From the NCBI GenBank assembly GCA_017559505.1, contig JAFYSF010000025.1, positions 20,637 to 84,636 of the forward strand: a DNA stretch of 64,000 nt, in the 5' to 3' direction. The translations under genes and the position numbers were made by a program. This DNA is from Paludibacteraceae bacterium (lineage in GTDB: Bacteria > Bacteroidota > Bacteroidia > Bacteroidales > Paludibacteraceae). The notes under the pieces were generated by a model. It saw only the letters and a list, made by a program, of their open reading frames with translations. It did no database searches and was not told the origin of the DNA. This document shows positions 18,198-29,012 of the stretch, piece by piece (positions within the stretch are counted from its first letter, which is position 1; each line of letters opens with the position of its first letter).

Positions 18198-20738
18198 ATG
18201 AAAAAAAATCTATTCTCGCTAACAATGATATCGCTATTGCTCATTGTTAGCATCAATCTATCTGCTAAAGAAATAACAGAACAAGAAGCACAAACTGTCG
18301 CTTATCAGTTTCTAAGTAAACAAAAATATAAATCGCAAAAAAAACTTGCACCAAACAAATCATTAACACTGGAATACACTAAATTTCACTCTACAAACAA
18401 CACCCCTCTATACTACATTTTCAGTCAAGCTGAGGAAGGATTTGTTATTGTTGCAGGTAACGACCAAATAGAGCCAATCATAGGCTATTCAGACAATGGC
18501 AAATTCGATATAAATAATCTACCAGATAACTTCAAAGCATACCTCGAATGTTGCAATAAAAAAATAGAATTAGACATCAACAATAACAAAAAAATCGAAC
18601 AAGCAGAAGAAGATGAAAACGAAACAGAAAATACGTTTGCGCCTTATATCGCTCCATTGTTAGGGGATATATGTTTTACACAATCAAGCCCATACAACAA
18701 TCAATGTCCAGAACAAAACGGAGTAAACACCGTAGTTGGATGTGTTGCTATATCAATTGGTCAAATAATGACATACTACAAATACCCAACAGAAGGAACA
18801 GGTTATAATTCTTACACAACATCATCAAACAAAATAAAATTAAGTGTAAACTTCGCAGAAGCTACATATAATTGGGACAACATCCTACCAACCTATAGAA
18901 AAGGATCATACACAGAAGAACAAGCCAATGAAGTAGCAAAATTACTTTTCCATTGCGGAGTAGCAACTAACATGGATTATGGAGTAGGTTTTAGTGGTAG
19001 CAACAACACATACGCAATGATAGCTTTAACAAGCTACTTTGGCTATGACAAAGGGATAAGATTGGAAAATCGTATACTTTACACACAAACCGAATGGGAA
19101 AAACTAATTAAAAAAGAACTAAACGAAAATAGACCTATCGTATATAGCGGCATCAGTGCAACAACAGGAGGACATGCATTCAACTGCGATGGATACGATG
19201 AAAATAATATGTTCCACATAAATTGGGGTTGGGGTGGATATTGCAACGGATACTATAGCCTACGTCTATTGGATGCCGATATAACAAACCCTGAAAACTT
19301 ACATTCAGGCTATGCCCTACGCCAAAATATGATTATCGGTATTCAACCAGCAAAAGAAAACAGCCCAAAAGAACTTCAACATCAAATAGAACTAAAAGAT
19401 GGACTTTTCTATAATGAACAATTAGACGAAATAAGTTTCGAATGTTGTAATTATGGGCTAAAATCATTTAACGGAGAAATTGCATTAGGACTATATGACG
19501 AAAATAATAATTACATAGGTATTTGCGAAGAAACAAAAGAACAAGTAACATTAGGTATTTTACGAACTAAAATATATAAAACTAATGGTTCAAAAATAAT
19601 TTCACACCAAAAAGGCTATCGCATCATGCCAATGTACAAAGAAAACAATAAAGAAGAATGGCAACTTATACCCGGAGGACCAAACACACCAACATCTTTA
19701 ATTGTTGATTACGATGAAAATTCAAATGTAATCTTTAAAAACTTAGAGCAATTTGAAAAATCACAATTACAAGTAATATCATTGAAACCGATAGGTAATG
19801 TCTACCAACAACGCACTGCTCGTTTCACTGCAAAAGTGAAAAACATAAGCTCGTTAGAATATTATGGACCTATCGCAGTTTACATGGCTAATATCAACAA
19901 AGAAAATGAAAAAATCATATCAGAAGATTTTCCTGTAACACTAAAAAGTGGTGAAGAAGCAGAATATGAAATTCATATTGAAAATGTAAACGTATCATTA
20001 GGAGATTACTATTGCTATATCGTTTATGATGCATATGATGGACGTTGGACTACACTATATGGCGACTACTATAATAGTCCAGATATAAACTTCTCCGTCA
20101 TTGCTCCGCCAACAGAAGAGCCTCAATTAACTCTTGCAAAAGGGCTTTCATTCAAAAACACCACTACAAACATTTTTAATAATAAAGAGACTCCAATAAT
20201 AACAACAACTATATCAAATAAAGGAGGATATGCACAAATAAATGTAGCCGCGGTTATATTAGACAAAGACAAAAAACCTCTTTATTCTTTTGCTACAAAA
20301 AAAGTAATGTTAGATAAAGATGAAAGTACAGAACTTTCTTTTGTTTGTGATTTCCTAGAATTGAATAATGGTAAACATTATCTCAACCTACAATACTACG
20401 ACCCATTTGACGGAACTCAAAAATGGAAAATGCTAACGCCAACTACCAGAAATCTATTAGCATTCACAATTTCTGATGACGAACCAAATGCTATTGAAAA
20501 CACAAAAGAAACAGGAATAATCGCTTTCCCTTCACATGCAAAGGATTTTATCAATATAACAGCAGAAGATGAAATAAAAAATGTTACAATATATAGTGTA
20601 ACAGGCATGAAAATAGCATCAATCAAACCAAATTCAAACATAGCAACCATTGATGTTCAATATTTTGAAAATGGAGTCTATCTACTTGTAATAGAAACAA
20701 CAAAAAACAAGCAAACTATAAAAATAAACAAAATATAA
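18198..20738 (+). CDS. C10-family (streptopain/PrtT-like) cysteine peptidase with T9SS C-terminal sorting domain
   Basis: 846 aa with a signal peptide and an inhibitor-like propeptide (EITEQEAQTVAYQFL). Catalytic motifs are VGCVAISIGQIMTYY and GGHAFNCDGY..FHINWGWGG. The C-terminal ~80 aa are beta-rich and CTD-like (NVTIYSVTGMKI...GVYLLVIET). Confidence 0.8.
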   Translation: MKKNLFSLTMISLLLIVSINLSAKEITEQEAQTVAYQFLSKQKYKSQKKLAPNKSLTLEYTKFHSTNNTPLYYIFSQAEEGFVIVAGNDQIEPIIGYSDNGKFDINNLPDNFKAYLECCNKKIELDINNNKKIEQAEEDENETENTFAPYIAPLLGDICFTQSSPYNNQCPEQNGVNTVVGCVAISIGQIMTYYKYPTEGTGYNSYTTSSNKIKLSVNFAEATYNWDNILPTYRKGSYTEEQANEVAKLLFHCGVATNMDYGVGFSGSNNTYAMIALTSYFGYDKGIRLENRILYTQTEWEKLIKKELNENRPIVYSGISATTGGHAFNCDGYDENNMFHINWGWGGYCNGYYSLRLLDADITNPENLHSGYALRQNMIIGIQPAKENSPKELQHQIELKDGLFYNEQLDEISFECCNYGLKSFNGEIALGLYDENNNYIGICEETKEQVTLGILRTKIYKTNGSKIISHQKGYRIMPMYKENNKEEWQLIPGGPNTPTSLIVDYDENSNVIFKNLEQFEKSQLQVISLKPIGNVYQQRTARFTAKVKNISSLEYYGPIAVYMANINKENEKIISEDFPVTLKSGEEAEYEIHIENVNVSLGDYYCYIVYDAYDGRWTTLYGDYYNSPDINFSVIAPPTEEPQLTLAKGLSFKNTTTNIFNNKETPIITTTISNKGGYAQINVAAVILDKDKKPLYSFATKKVMLDKDESTELSFVCDFLELNNGKHYLNLQYYDPFDGTQKWKMLTPTTRNLLAFTISDDEPNAIENTKETGIIAFPSHAKDFINITAEDEIKNVTIYSVTGMKIASIKPNSNIATIDVQYFENGVYLLVIETTKNKQTIKINKI

Positions 20739-20769
20739 AGAGTTTAATATAATCATAATACTTGATACT

Positions 20770-21474
20770 ATGAAAAAAATATTGCTTGCATTATTGCTAA
20801 TGATAATGATTGCATGTTCTACCAAAAACAGTATTATAACTCTCAATTACATATTAATAGACAAGAAACACGAAACGACTCTCACGTTTGATGGAAATCT
20901 AGATTTATCAAATAAGCAAATAAATAAATTGTTACGTGACAGCATCATAACTACTGTATTAGGCCGTGATTTTACAAAATATAGCAACAGCAAAGTTCTC
21001 AAAAAATATGCAAAAGCCTCACTGAAAACATTTGTTGAAACAACAGATTCGACTCTAATAGGTATGTCATTATACACAAAAATAGATGGCGAAATTGTAT
21101 ATGCCAATGAAAATTACATAACTTTCAGACGCATTATGTCAACAAATATTGCACCTGAAAGCCAAGGATTGATGACTACATGTAATTACTATGTATTCGA
21201 TGCGAAAACAGGAAGACATCTACAAGAAAAAGATCTATTCTCACAACAAGCAATGAATTCAATGCGAAAATTACTCGTCAAACAAGCGAAAGAGATGGCT
21301 ACGCAAAATGAGATTGACATTTACTTAGATAGAGTGCGACCTAATGGTAATTTTGCAATTATGAGTTCATCAATTGTATATACATTCAACCCATATGAAA
21401 TTGCACATCCGGAAATTGGATTTATTGATATTATAATAACAGAAAAAGAGAAATATCTACAAATTGAACCATAA
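20770..21474 (+). CDS. lipoprotein, DUF3298/DUF4163-like
   Basis: 234 aa with lipobox MIMIACS. The C-terminal FNPYEIAHPEIGFIDIII resembles the DUF3298 signature. Confidence 0.45.
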   Translation: MKKILLALLLMIMIACSTKNSIITLNYILIDKKHETTLTFDGNLDLSNKQINKLLRDSIITTVLGRDFTKYSNSKVLKKYAKASLKTFVETTDSTLIGMSLYTKIDGEIVYANENYITFRRIMSTNIAPESQGLMTTCNYYVFDAKTGRHLQEKDLFSQQAMNSMRKLLVKQAKEMATQNEIDIYLDRVRPNGNFAIMSSSIVYTFNPYEIAHPEIGFIDIIITEKEKYLQIEP

Positions 21475-21488
21475 AAAAAGAGAAAACT

Positions 21489-23651
21489 ATGAAAACAGAA
21501 AAAGAGAAAAAACCAGAAAAACGTCGTTTTACAAAAGAAGCAATTACAAAAGATGTGTTGAATTTTTTTAACGAAAATTCGACTAAGCCATTCAATTACA
21601 AACAAGTGTCGGCGGCTTTAGGTTTGAAGAAGTCGGTAATGAAAGAGCGTGTAGTTGATGCTATGTTTGACCTTGAATCTGCTGGTAAAATTCAACGTAT
21701 AAGCGCAGGTAAATATAAAGCTAATATGCGCCGACAAACAGTGACGGGTGTACTTGACCGCGAGTCGGTGGCTAAAAAGACCTATCTTATACCCGATGAT
21801 GGAGGAGAACGTGTGTGGATTGCAGAACGTTCGATGGGGTGCGCACTAAATGGCGACAAAGTAGAAGTTGTATTATTTCCTCGTCGTAAAGGTAAGGAGC
21901 AAGAAGGAGAGGTGGTGAATGTACTTGAACGCAAAAAGACTGAATTTGTCGGTATATTGGAAGTTAAGCCTACTTTTGCATTTCTCAATATTGACAAAAA
22001 GTTATTGACACACGACATGTTTATTCCTCTCGAAAAATTGAATGGAGGGAAAGATGGTCAACGATGTGTGGGTCGTATTGTTGAGTGGTCGAGCAAAGAG
22101 AAAAACCCTATTGGTGAAATTGTTGCCGTGCTGGGCGATGTGGGCAACAACGATGCTGAAATGCATGCCATATTAGCTGAATTTGGATTGCCATATTCGT
22201 ACCCACAAGAGGTAGAAGATGCTGCTAACGAGATTTCGGATGTCATTGATGCAGAAGAAATTGCTCGCCGCAAAGATATGCGAGAGGTGCTTACTTTCAC
22301 TATTGACCCTCGCGATGCAAAAGACTTTGATGATGCATTGTCAATCAGAAAATTAGAGAGTGGATTGTGGGAAGTTGGCGTGCATATTGCAGACGTAACT
22401 CACTATGTAACACCAAATTCTATTATTGACAAAGAAGCCTATAAACGTGCAACTTCGGTATATTTGGTGGATAGAACGATACCGATGTTGCCTGAACGAT
22501 TGTGTAATAATATTTGTTCATTAAGACCAAATGAGGATAAATTGGCTTATTCAGTTGTATTTCAATTAGATGAGTTTGCAGAAGTGAAAAGTTATGAGAT
22601 TTGTCGCACTGTGATAAATTCGAATAGACGATTTACATACGAAGAGGCACAAGCAATAATTGAATCTGGCGAAGGCGATTATGCTACTGAATTATTGAAA
22701 TTGAATGAGTTGGCGAAGATATTGAGAGTTAAGAGATTTGCGAAAGGGGCTATTGCGTTTGACCGAGTGGAAGTGAGATTTGAAATTGACGAAAAAGGCA
22801 AGCCACTGAGCGTATATTTCAAAGAAGCAAAAGAGGCTAACAAATTGATTGAAGAATTTATGTTGCTGGCTAATAAGACAGTAGCCTCACACATAGGTAA
22901 ACCGAAAGGCGTGAAAGGAGCGAAAGCGAAGCCTAAGACATTCGTGTATCGCGTGCATGATGTGCCTAATCCTGATAAATTGGAGAATTTCAGTACGTTT
23001 ATCAAACGATTTGGGTATAAATTGAAAACTACGGGTAAGAACCAAGAGGTGTCGTCGGCTATCAATAATTTGCTCGACCAAGTGGTAGGCAAACGTGAAC
23101 AAAATTTGATTGAAACACTTGCAGTTAGATCAATGGCTAAGGCTACTTATACGACCGAAAATATTGGACACTATGGATTGGCGTTTGATTATTATTCGCA
23201 CTTTACGTCGCCTATTCGCCGATACCCAGACATGATGGCTCACAGATTGTTGACTCGATATTTGTTTGAAGAGGGACACTCGGTAAATAAAAATGAGTAT
23301 GAGGAGTATTGCGAACACTCGTCGGATATGGAGCAGTTGGCTGCATCGGCGGAACGCGCTTCGATAAAATATAAACAGGTGGAATATATGAGCGAACGAT
23401 TGGGTCAGGTGTATGATGGTGTGATTTCGGGCGTTACGGATTGGGGTATTTATGTTGAATTGAATGAAAATAAATGTGAGGGTATGATTCCTATTCGATG
23501 CTTGGATGATGATTACTATGAATTTGATGAAAAAAACTATTGCATAGTGGGCCGCCACACTGGCAAAAGATACCAATTGGGCGATGAATTGACTGTGAGA
23601 ATTGCAAAAACTGACCTTGTGAAAAAACAGTTGGATTTTGAGTTGGTGTAA
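21489..23651 (+). CDS. rnr: ribonuclease R
   Basis: 720 aa with an RNB catalytic domain (FTIDPRDAKDFDDAL) and a C-terminal S1 domain. Confidence 0.95.
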   Translation: MKTEKEKKPEKRRFTKEAITKDVLNFFNENSTKPFNYKQVSAALGLKKSVMKERVVDAMFDLESAGKIQRISAGKYKANMRRQTVTGVLDRESVAKKTYLIPDDGGERVWIAERSMGCALNGDKVEVVLFPRRKGKEQEGEVVNVLERKKTEFVGILEVKPTFAFLNIDKKLLTHDMFIPLEKLNGGKDGQRCVGRIVEWSSKEKNPIGEIVAVLGDVGNNDAEMHAILAEFGLPYSYPQEVEDAANEISDVIDAEEIARRKDMREVLTFTIDPRDAKDFDDALSIRKLESGLWEVGVHIADVTHYVTPNSIIDKEAYKRATSVYLVDRTIPMLPERLCNNICSLRPNEDKLAYSVVFQLDEFAEVKSYEICRTVINSNRRFTYEEAQAIIESGEGDYATELLKLNELAKILRVKRFAKGAIAFDRVEVRFEIDEKGKPLSVYFKEAKEANKLIEEFMLLANKTVASHIGKPKGVKGAKAKPKTFVYRVHDVPNPDKLENFSTFIKRFGYKLKTTGKNQEVSSAINNLLDQVVGKREQNLIETLAVRSMAKATYTTENIGHYGLAFDYYSHFTSPIRRYPDMMAHRLLTRYLFEEGHSVNKNEYEEYCEHSSDMEQLAASAERASIKYKQVEYMSERLGQVYDGVISGVTDWGIYVELNENKCEGMIPIRCLDDDYYEFDEKNYCIVGRHTGKRYQLGDELTVRIAKTDLVKKQLDFELV

Positions 23652-23675
23652 AGGGAATCTTAATTTCTTTGTATG

Positions 23676-23724
23676 GTGTCAGTCTTCTTCGATGAAGGTT
23701 GCTTGAAGGTTGCTATTGGGTAAA
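23676..23724 (+). repeat. copy 2 (core only) of the GTGTCAGTCTTCTTCGATGAAGGTTGCTTGAAGGTTGC element
   Basis: gtgtcagtcttcttcgatgaaggttgcttgaaggttgctattgggtaaag. Confidence 0.85.
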
Positions 23725-23759
23725 GAAAAGTATAATAGAGATTTTTTAATTTTTTTGAT

Positions 23760-24221
23760 ATGAAAAATTTTGATATAAAAGAGAGAGCAGAAAAGGCTAA
23801 GGCTTATTTTCAAGATGGATATAACTGCTCGCAATCGGTGTTTATGGCATACGCTGATTTGTTTGATTTGGATGTAGAATTGGCATCGAAATTTGCATCA
23901 AGTTTCGGTGGTGGTATGGGTAGATTGCGCGAGGTGTGTGGCGCATGTACCGGTATGTTTATGGTGGCATCGATGGCTATACCAGCAGATAATAAAGACG
24001 CAGAGGCTAAAAAGGCTAATTACGCACTCGTACAAGCTGTTGCTGAAGATTTTAGACAAGAAAATGGGTCAATTATATGTCGTGAGTTATTAGGTTTGAC
24101 TTGCCAAAAAGAAGAGCCTACACCATCGGCTCGCACACAGGAATATTATAAAAAACGTCCTTGTGGAGAGTTGATTTATTTGGCAGCAGAGATTGTTGGT
24201 AAAAGACTTTTAGAACTATGA
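23760..24221 (+). CDS. C_GCAxxG_C_C family redox-active protein
   Basis: 153 aa with GYNCSQSV and VCGACTG motifs. Confidence 0.8.
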   Translation: MKNFDIKERAEKAKAYFQDGYNCSQSVFMAYADLFDLDVELASKFASSFGGGMGRLREVCGACTGMFMVASMAIPADNKDAEAKKANYALVQAVAEDFRQENGSIICRELLGLTCQKEEPTPSARTQEYYKKRPCGELIYLAAEIVGKRLLEL

Positions 24222-24670
24222 GACTTGTTATACAAAGGGTTACGCATGCCTCGGTGACGATTGAGGGTGTGTTGAAATCGAAAATAGGCAATGGCTTGTT
24301 GATTTTGGTTGGCATTGAAGATGCTGACACGGATACTGACATAAATTGGTTGGCACAGAAAGTGGTGAATTTGAGGATTTTCGACGACGAGAATGGAGTG
24401 ATGAATCGTTCGGTGGTGGATGTAGATGGAGAAATATTGATAGTCAGCCAATTTACGCTACACGCAATGACGGCTAAGGGTAATCGCCCAAGTTATATAC
24501 GCGCATCGAAACCTGATTTTGCAATACCTATGTATGAGAAATTCTGCACAAAAGTGTCGGAATTGTTGGGCAAAGAGGTTGGTACTGGACAATTTGGAGC
24601 AGATATGAAAGTGGAATTGCTCAATGACGGACCCGTTACAATATTGATTGATTCACAAAAAAGAGAATAA
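24218..24670 (+). CDS. dtd: D-aminoacyl-tRNA deacylase
   Basis: 150 aa with MRLVIQRV...SQFTLHA...GNRPSY. Confidence 0.95.
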   Translation: MRLVIQRVTHASVTIEGVLKSKIGNGLLILVGIEDADTDTDINWLAQKVVNLRIFDDENGVMNRSVVDVDGEILIVSQFTLHAMTAKGNRPSYIRASKPDFAIPMYEKFCTKVSELLGKEVGTGQFGADMKVELLNDGPVTILIDSQKRE

Positions 24671-24675
24671 ATATT

Positions 24676-25557
24676 ATGGAAAAATTAAAACAACTTTACA
24701 ACGAGTATGACTTCAACTTTACAGATGATAGTGTGGCTGAAGCAGTAAAAGAAATTCTTGCAAAAAACTTCGACAAATATAATAACGTTGAGGTGTGGAA
24801 ACAATGTTTTAATCAAATAGACCTCACATCACTAAATAGCACTGATACAGAAGATAAAATCGGTGGTATGATGGAGCAAGTAAATGAATTCAAGGAAAAA
24901 TATCCTGAGATGCCTAATGTGGCTGCTGTGTGCGTATATCCAGCATTGGTGCCTGTTGCAAAGGCTACGCTTGAAGCAGAGGGCGTAAATATTGCCGCTG
25001 TATCAGCAGGTTTTCCTTCGTCGCAAACATTTATTGAAGCAAAAATTGCAGAAGTGGCATTGACAGCAGTAGCTGGAGCTAATGAAATAGATGTTGTTAT
25101 TTCAGTAGGCAAATTTTTCAGTGGATTCCACACTGAAGTGTATGAAGAATTGCAAGAAATCAAAGATGCTTGCCACGGCGCACACTTGAAAGTTATACTC
25201 GAAAGCGGACTTCTACGTAACACAAAAGAGATTAAACAAGCTTCGCTATTGGCTATGGCTGCAGGAGCAGACTTCATAAAAACATCGACAGGAAAAACAG
25301 AACGTTCGGCTACATTGGAAGGTGCATACGTTATGTGTCAGGCAATTAAAGAATATCACGAAAAGACAGGCATTAAAGTAGGATTTAAACCTGCAGGAGG
25401 TATATCTACAACTAAAGAAGCTGTGGAATATTATACTATCGTACGCACAGTGCTTGGAGAAGAATGGATTAGCAATGAGTTATTCCGCTTCGGAGCTAGC
25501 CGTTTGGCTAACAATTTATTAACAAGCATTTATGGCACAGAAGTGAAATACTTCTAA
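24676..25557 (+). CDS. deoC: deoxyribose-phosphate aldolase (long form)
   Basis: 293 aa with IDLTSLN, VCVYP and the Schiff-base region FIKTSTGK. Confidence 0.85.
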   Translation: MEKLKQLYNEYDFNFTDDSVAEAVKEILAKNFDKYNNVEVWKQCFNQIDLTSLNSTDTEDKIGGMMEQVNEFKEKYPEMPNVAAVCVYPALVPVAKATLEAEGVNIAAVSAGFPSSQTFIEAKIAEVALTAVAGANEIDVVISVGKFFSGFHTEVYEELQEIKDACHGAHLKVILESGLLRNTKEIKQASLLAMAAGADFIKTSTGKTERSATLEGAYVMCQAIKEYHEKTGIKVGFKPAGGISTTKEAVEYYTIVRTVLGEEWISNELFRFGASRLANNLLTSIYGTEVKYF

Positions 25558-25604
25558 TTAAGCAAGTTATTTTTACTGTTTGCAATTTGTTGCTTACCAC
25601 TTTT

Positions 25605-25979
25605 ATGATAAAATATCTCCCAACCATATTGGTATGTACCTTTGTGTTGATACTTTCGGTTATCAACATAGGGGTATTGCCTAAAACAGACGTGCCAAGT
25701 GCTGATAAAATTGTACATGCGATTATGTATTTTGGCATAACTGGAATGCTAATGCTAAATCAAACATCGTATTTTCGCAATCAGATAACAAAAGTTCAAT
25801 TATATTTTGCCTTTCTGTTTTCTGTGGGTTTTGGCATTTTGATGGAGATAATACAGTATTTTTTGCCTTGGCGATCTGGTTCGATATATGATTTAATTGC
25901 TAATGCGTTTGGAACCATAATCGCTATTATCATTATGCTCATTGTTTCTCACTATTATAATCCTAAATATGAACAATAA
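25605..25979 (+). CDS. VanZ-like membrane protein
   Basis: ATG at 25605 preferred over the TTG at 25587. Four TM segments and DKIVHAIMYFG. Confidence 0.6.
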   Translation: MIKYLPTILVCTFVLILSVINIGVLPKTDVPSADKIVHAIMYFGITGMLMLNQTSYFRNQITKVQLYFAFLFSVGFGILMEIIQYFLPWRSGSIYDLIANAFGTIIAIIIMLIVSHYYNPKYEQ

Positions 25980-27084
25980 TTTATTATACGATATTGCTCT
26001 CACACAATTATTTATGGTTGGACCTCGTACTGCTAGAACATTGACAGAACATCTTGGATCGGCAGAAGCAGTGTTCAAAGAATCGGCAGAGGTATTGCGA
26101 ACCATTGGTGGAGTTGGAGCATATATTTCGGATGATGGATATAGACAAGAGGCATTGCGTAGAGCAACAGAAGAAATAGAATTTATTACAAAGAATAAAA
26201 TTAAAGCTATTCCTTGGGGTTCAGATGACTACCCTACTAAACTTGCTCAATGTGGAGATGCACCACAGATATTATATCAATATGGCAATTGCGATTTGAA
26301 TACTCAAAAATTTGTTGCCATAGTAGGCACTCGTAATGCCACAAAATATGGGCGAGACTTGACAAATGAATTGGTAAGAACTCTTGCAACATCAAACCCA
26401 GACACTGTTATTATCAGCGGATTGGCTTATGGCATAGACATAGCAGCACATAAAGCAGCCCTTGAATATGGACTGCCGACAATAGGAGTTGTTGCTCATG
26501 GACTTGACCGAATTTATCCCCATGTACACCGACAATATGCATCGCAAATGATACAATCGGGAGGAGCTATAATAACAGAATATCTCTCAAAAACCAACCC
26601 CGACCCTCAAAATTTTGTACAACGCAATCGTATAGTGGCAGGAATGAGTGATGTAGTGGTTATTGTTGAATCTGCAATTAAGGGTGGATCACTTATAACT
26701 GCTAATATAGCAAATGATTACAATCGAGATGTGATGGCATTCCCAGGACGCATAGGAGATAAAACATCGGAAGGTTGCAACAAATTGATACGCCAACACA
26801 AAGCTGAAATTATTACTTCAGCAGAAGATTTAATAAATCTAATGGGATGGAATGCCCCTCAAAAAAATGCAGTGCAACAAACACTGTTTAACAACTTAAC
26901 ACCCGAACAACAATCGGTAGTAGATTTGCTAAAAACAGGACCTCAACACATTAATGTAATAAGTACAAACCTTGATTTATCAATACAAAAAACATCGGCT
27001 TTACTTACTGAAATGGTTTTTGATGAACTAATAGACCAACTACCCGGAGATGTTTATACTTTAAAACTGAGAATTGAAAATTGA
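25969..27084 (+). CDS. dprA: DNA-processing protein DprA
   Basis: Start at MNNNLLYDIALTQL (ATG 25969). Rossmann-like core VAIVGTRNATKYG...GLAYGIDIAAH. Confidence 0.9.
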   Translation: MNNNLLYDIALTQLFMVGPRTARTLTEHLGSAEAVFKESAEVLRTIGGVGAYISDDGYRQEALRRATEEIEFITKNKIKAIPWGSDDYPTKLAQCGDAPQILYQYGNCDLNTQKFVAIVGTRNATKYGRDLTNELVRTLATSNPDTVIISGLAYGIDIAAHKAALEYGLPTIGVVAHGLDRIYPHVHRQYASQMIQSGGAIITEYLSKTNPDPQNFVQRNRIVAGMSDVVVIVESAIKGGSLITANIANDYNRDVMAFPGRIGDKTSEGCNKLIRQHKAEIITSAEDLINLMGWNAPQKNAVQQTLFNNLTPEQQSVVDLLKTGPQHINVISTNLDLSIQKTSALLTEMVFDELIDQLPGDVYTLKLRIEN

Positions 27085-27087
27085 AAA
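27067..27087. repeat. heptamer array TTGARAA x3 at dprA 3' end
   Basis: ctgagaa ttgaaaa ttgaaaa. Encodes the dprA C-terminus LRIEN and its stop. Confidence 0.6.
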
Positions 27088-27104
27088 ATCGCATTCAACA
27101 ATAT

Positions 27105-28952
27105 ATGAAACAAAGAATTAAAATATTATCACTAATTGCATTTTGTGTATTTACCATTCTTGGTTGCGCTAGTAGAGGCAGTGGACCTCAAGGAGGGCCT
27201 AAAGATACTACACCGCCAAAATTATTAAAATGCACACCAGAAAATGGAGCTACAAATGTATCAACAAATAAAATACAACTAACATTCGACGAAATTGTAC
27301 TCGTACAAAGTACATTTGAAAAAGTTATTATTTCACCACCTCAAACCAATATTCCTATTATCAAAACTTCTGGGCATAAAGTAAATGTAAATTTGCAAGA
27401 TTCCCTCAAGTCAAATACTACATATACAATTGATTTTACAAACTCTATTATCGATAATAATGAGCGCAATGAACTCGATGGATTCACATTTAGTTTCGCA
27501 ACAGGTGATTTTATTGATACATTGAAGCTGTCTGGCACGATTATTGATTCCGAAACATTAAACCCAATACCTAATCTTATCGTCGGTATTCATAGTAATC
27601 TCAACGATACAGCCTTCACATCTATACCTTTTGAACGTATTACAAAAACAAATAATGAAGGTAAGTTTACCATAAACAATATAAGAGAAGGTCAATACCA
27701 TGTTTTTGCTCTTTCTGATATTGGTAGCAATTATTATTTTGATATTCCTACGGAGCAAATTGCTTTTGATGATAGCATTTACACACCTATCTGCACAACA
27801 GAAACTATCTACGATACAATATCTCATTATGCTATCATTGATTCAATAAACAATATAATTGACTCTACACAACTCATTATTGACTCGGTAATAACAAAAT
27901 ACAATCATACATACACCCCTGATGATGTAATATTATTTGCTTTTACTGAAAAAAATAATCGCCAATATTTATCAAAATCAACACGCACAGAACGACATAA
28001 ACTAACATTAGAATTTGGCAATCCATGTGACTCTTTGCCAATTCTTAAGCCACTAAATTTTGCCGATAGTATCTTCACATATATGCTACAAGAATCAGCC
28101 AATAGAGACACTTTAACTTATTGGCTTACAAATACTATTGTATGGCAACAAGACACATTACAGATAGAAACAACTTATCAAAAACGCGATGACTCAACTT
28201 ATTGGCAAACAGATACAATCACATTTTTGTATCGCGCTCCAAAAACCAATAAAAAGAAAAATAATGAAATTGAGCAAGAAATTAAATATCATCCAATAAA
28301 CTCAAATAAATCAACATCATTTGATATATATGTCCCATTTATTCTAACTTTTGATGTACCTACAACAATTACACCAAACGATACGACATGGTATAGATTA
28401 CAAGAAAAAGTTGATACAAATTGGATTGATTTGGATGCCAAATTGATTAAAGGTGATAGCATCGGATTAAAATATCAAATAGAATATAGTTGGAAAGCTG
28501 CAACTGACTATCAGCTAATTGTAGATTCAGCACTATTCACCTCTTTTGTTGGTTTAGCAACCCAAGAAGAGATATTTAGTTTTAAAACAAAATCGCTTGA
28601 AGAATACGCTGTTTTAATATTTGAGTTAACAAACTATACAGGGAAAGAGGTTATTCAAATATTAAACAAAGATGATAAAGTTGTAAAGCAACAAATTGCC
28701 ACAGAAGAAAAAGTGAAATTTGAATATATGAAACCTGACACCTACTATGCACGATTATTTATTGATGAGAATGGTAATGGCAAATGGGATACAGGTAATT
28801 ATAAAGAAAAACGTCAGGCAGAAAAAATATATTATTATCCATACGATATAGAACTTCGCGCTTTTTGGGATGTTGAAGAAGTTTGGAATGTTTATGAATT
28901 GCCTATTCTCGAACAAAAACCAAAAGAATTGAAAAAAGCAGGGAATAAGTAA
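27105..28952 (+). CDS. lipoprotein with SbsA-type Ig-like domain
   Basis: ATG 27105 (MKQRIKILSL..ILGCAS). PPKLLKCTPENGATNVSTNKIQLTFDE matches the Ig-like Big_5-type N-terminus. Confidence 0.55.
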   Translation: MKQRIKILSLIAFCVFTILGCASRGSGPQGGPKDTTPPKLLKCTPENGATNVSTNKIQLTFDEIVLVQSTFEKVIISPPQTNIPIIKTSGHKVNVNLQDSLKSNTTYTIDFTNSIIDNNERNELDGFTFSFATGDFIDTLKLSGTIIDSETLNPIPNLIVGIHSNLNDTAFTSIPFERITKTNNEGKFTINNIREGQYHVFALSDIGSNYYFDIPTEQIAFDDSIYTPICTTETIYDTISHYAIIDSINNIIDSTQLIIDSVITKYNHTYTPDDVILFAFTEKNNRQYLSKSTRTERHKLTLEFGNPCDSLPILKPLNFADSIFTYMLQESANRDTLTYWLTNTIVWQQDTLQIETTYQKRDDSTYWQTDTITFLYRAPKTNKKKNNEIEQEIKYHPINSNKSTSFDIYVPFILTFDVPTTITPNDTTWYRLQEKVDTNWIDLDAKLIKGDSIGLKYQIEYSWKAATDYQLIVDSALFTSFVGLATQEEIFSFKTKSLEEYAVLIFELTNYTGKEVIQILNKDDKVVKQQIATEEKVKFEYMKPDTYYARLFIDENGNGKWDTGNYKEKRQAEKIYYYPYDIELRAFWDVEEVWNVYELPILEQKPKELKKAGNK

Positions 28953-28980
28953 TAAAAAAGTAAAATTAAAAAAGAGAAAA

Positions 28981-29008
28981 CACTAATAACTAATCATTAA
29001 TAACTAAC
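28981..29008. repeat. tandem heptamer array AACTAAT-type x4
   Basis: cactaat aactaat cattaat aactaac, immediately upstream of the ATG at 29013. Confidence 0.8.
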
Positions 29009-29012
29009 TTTT

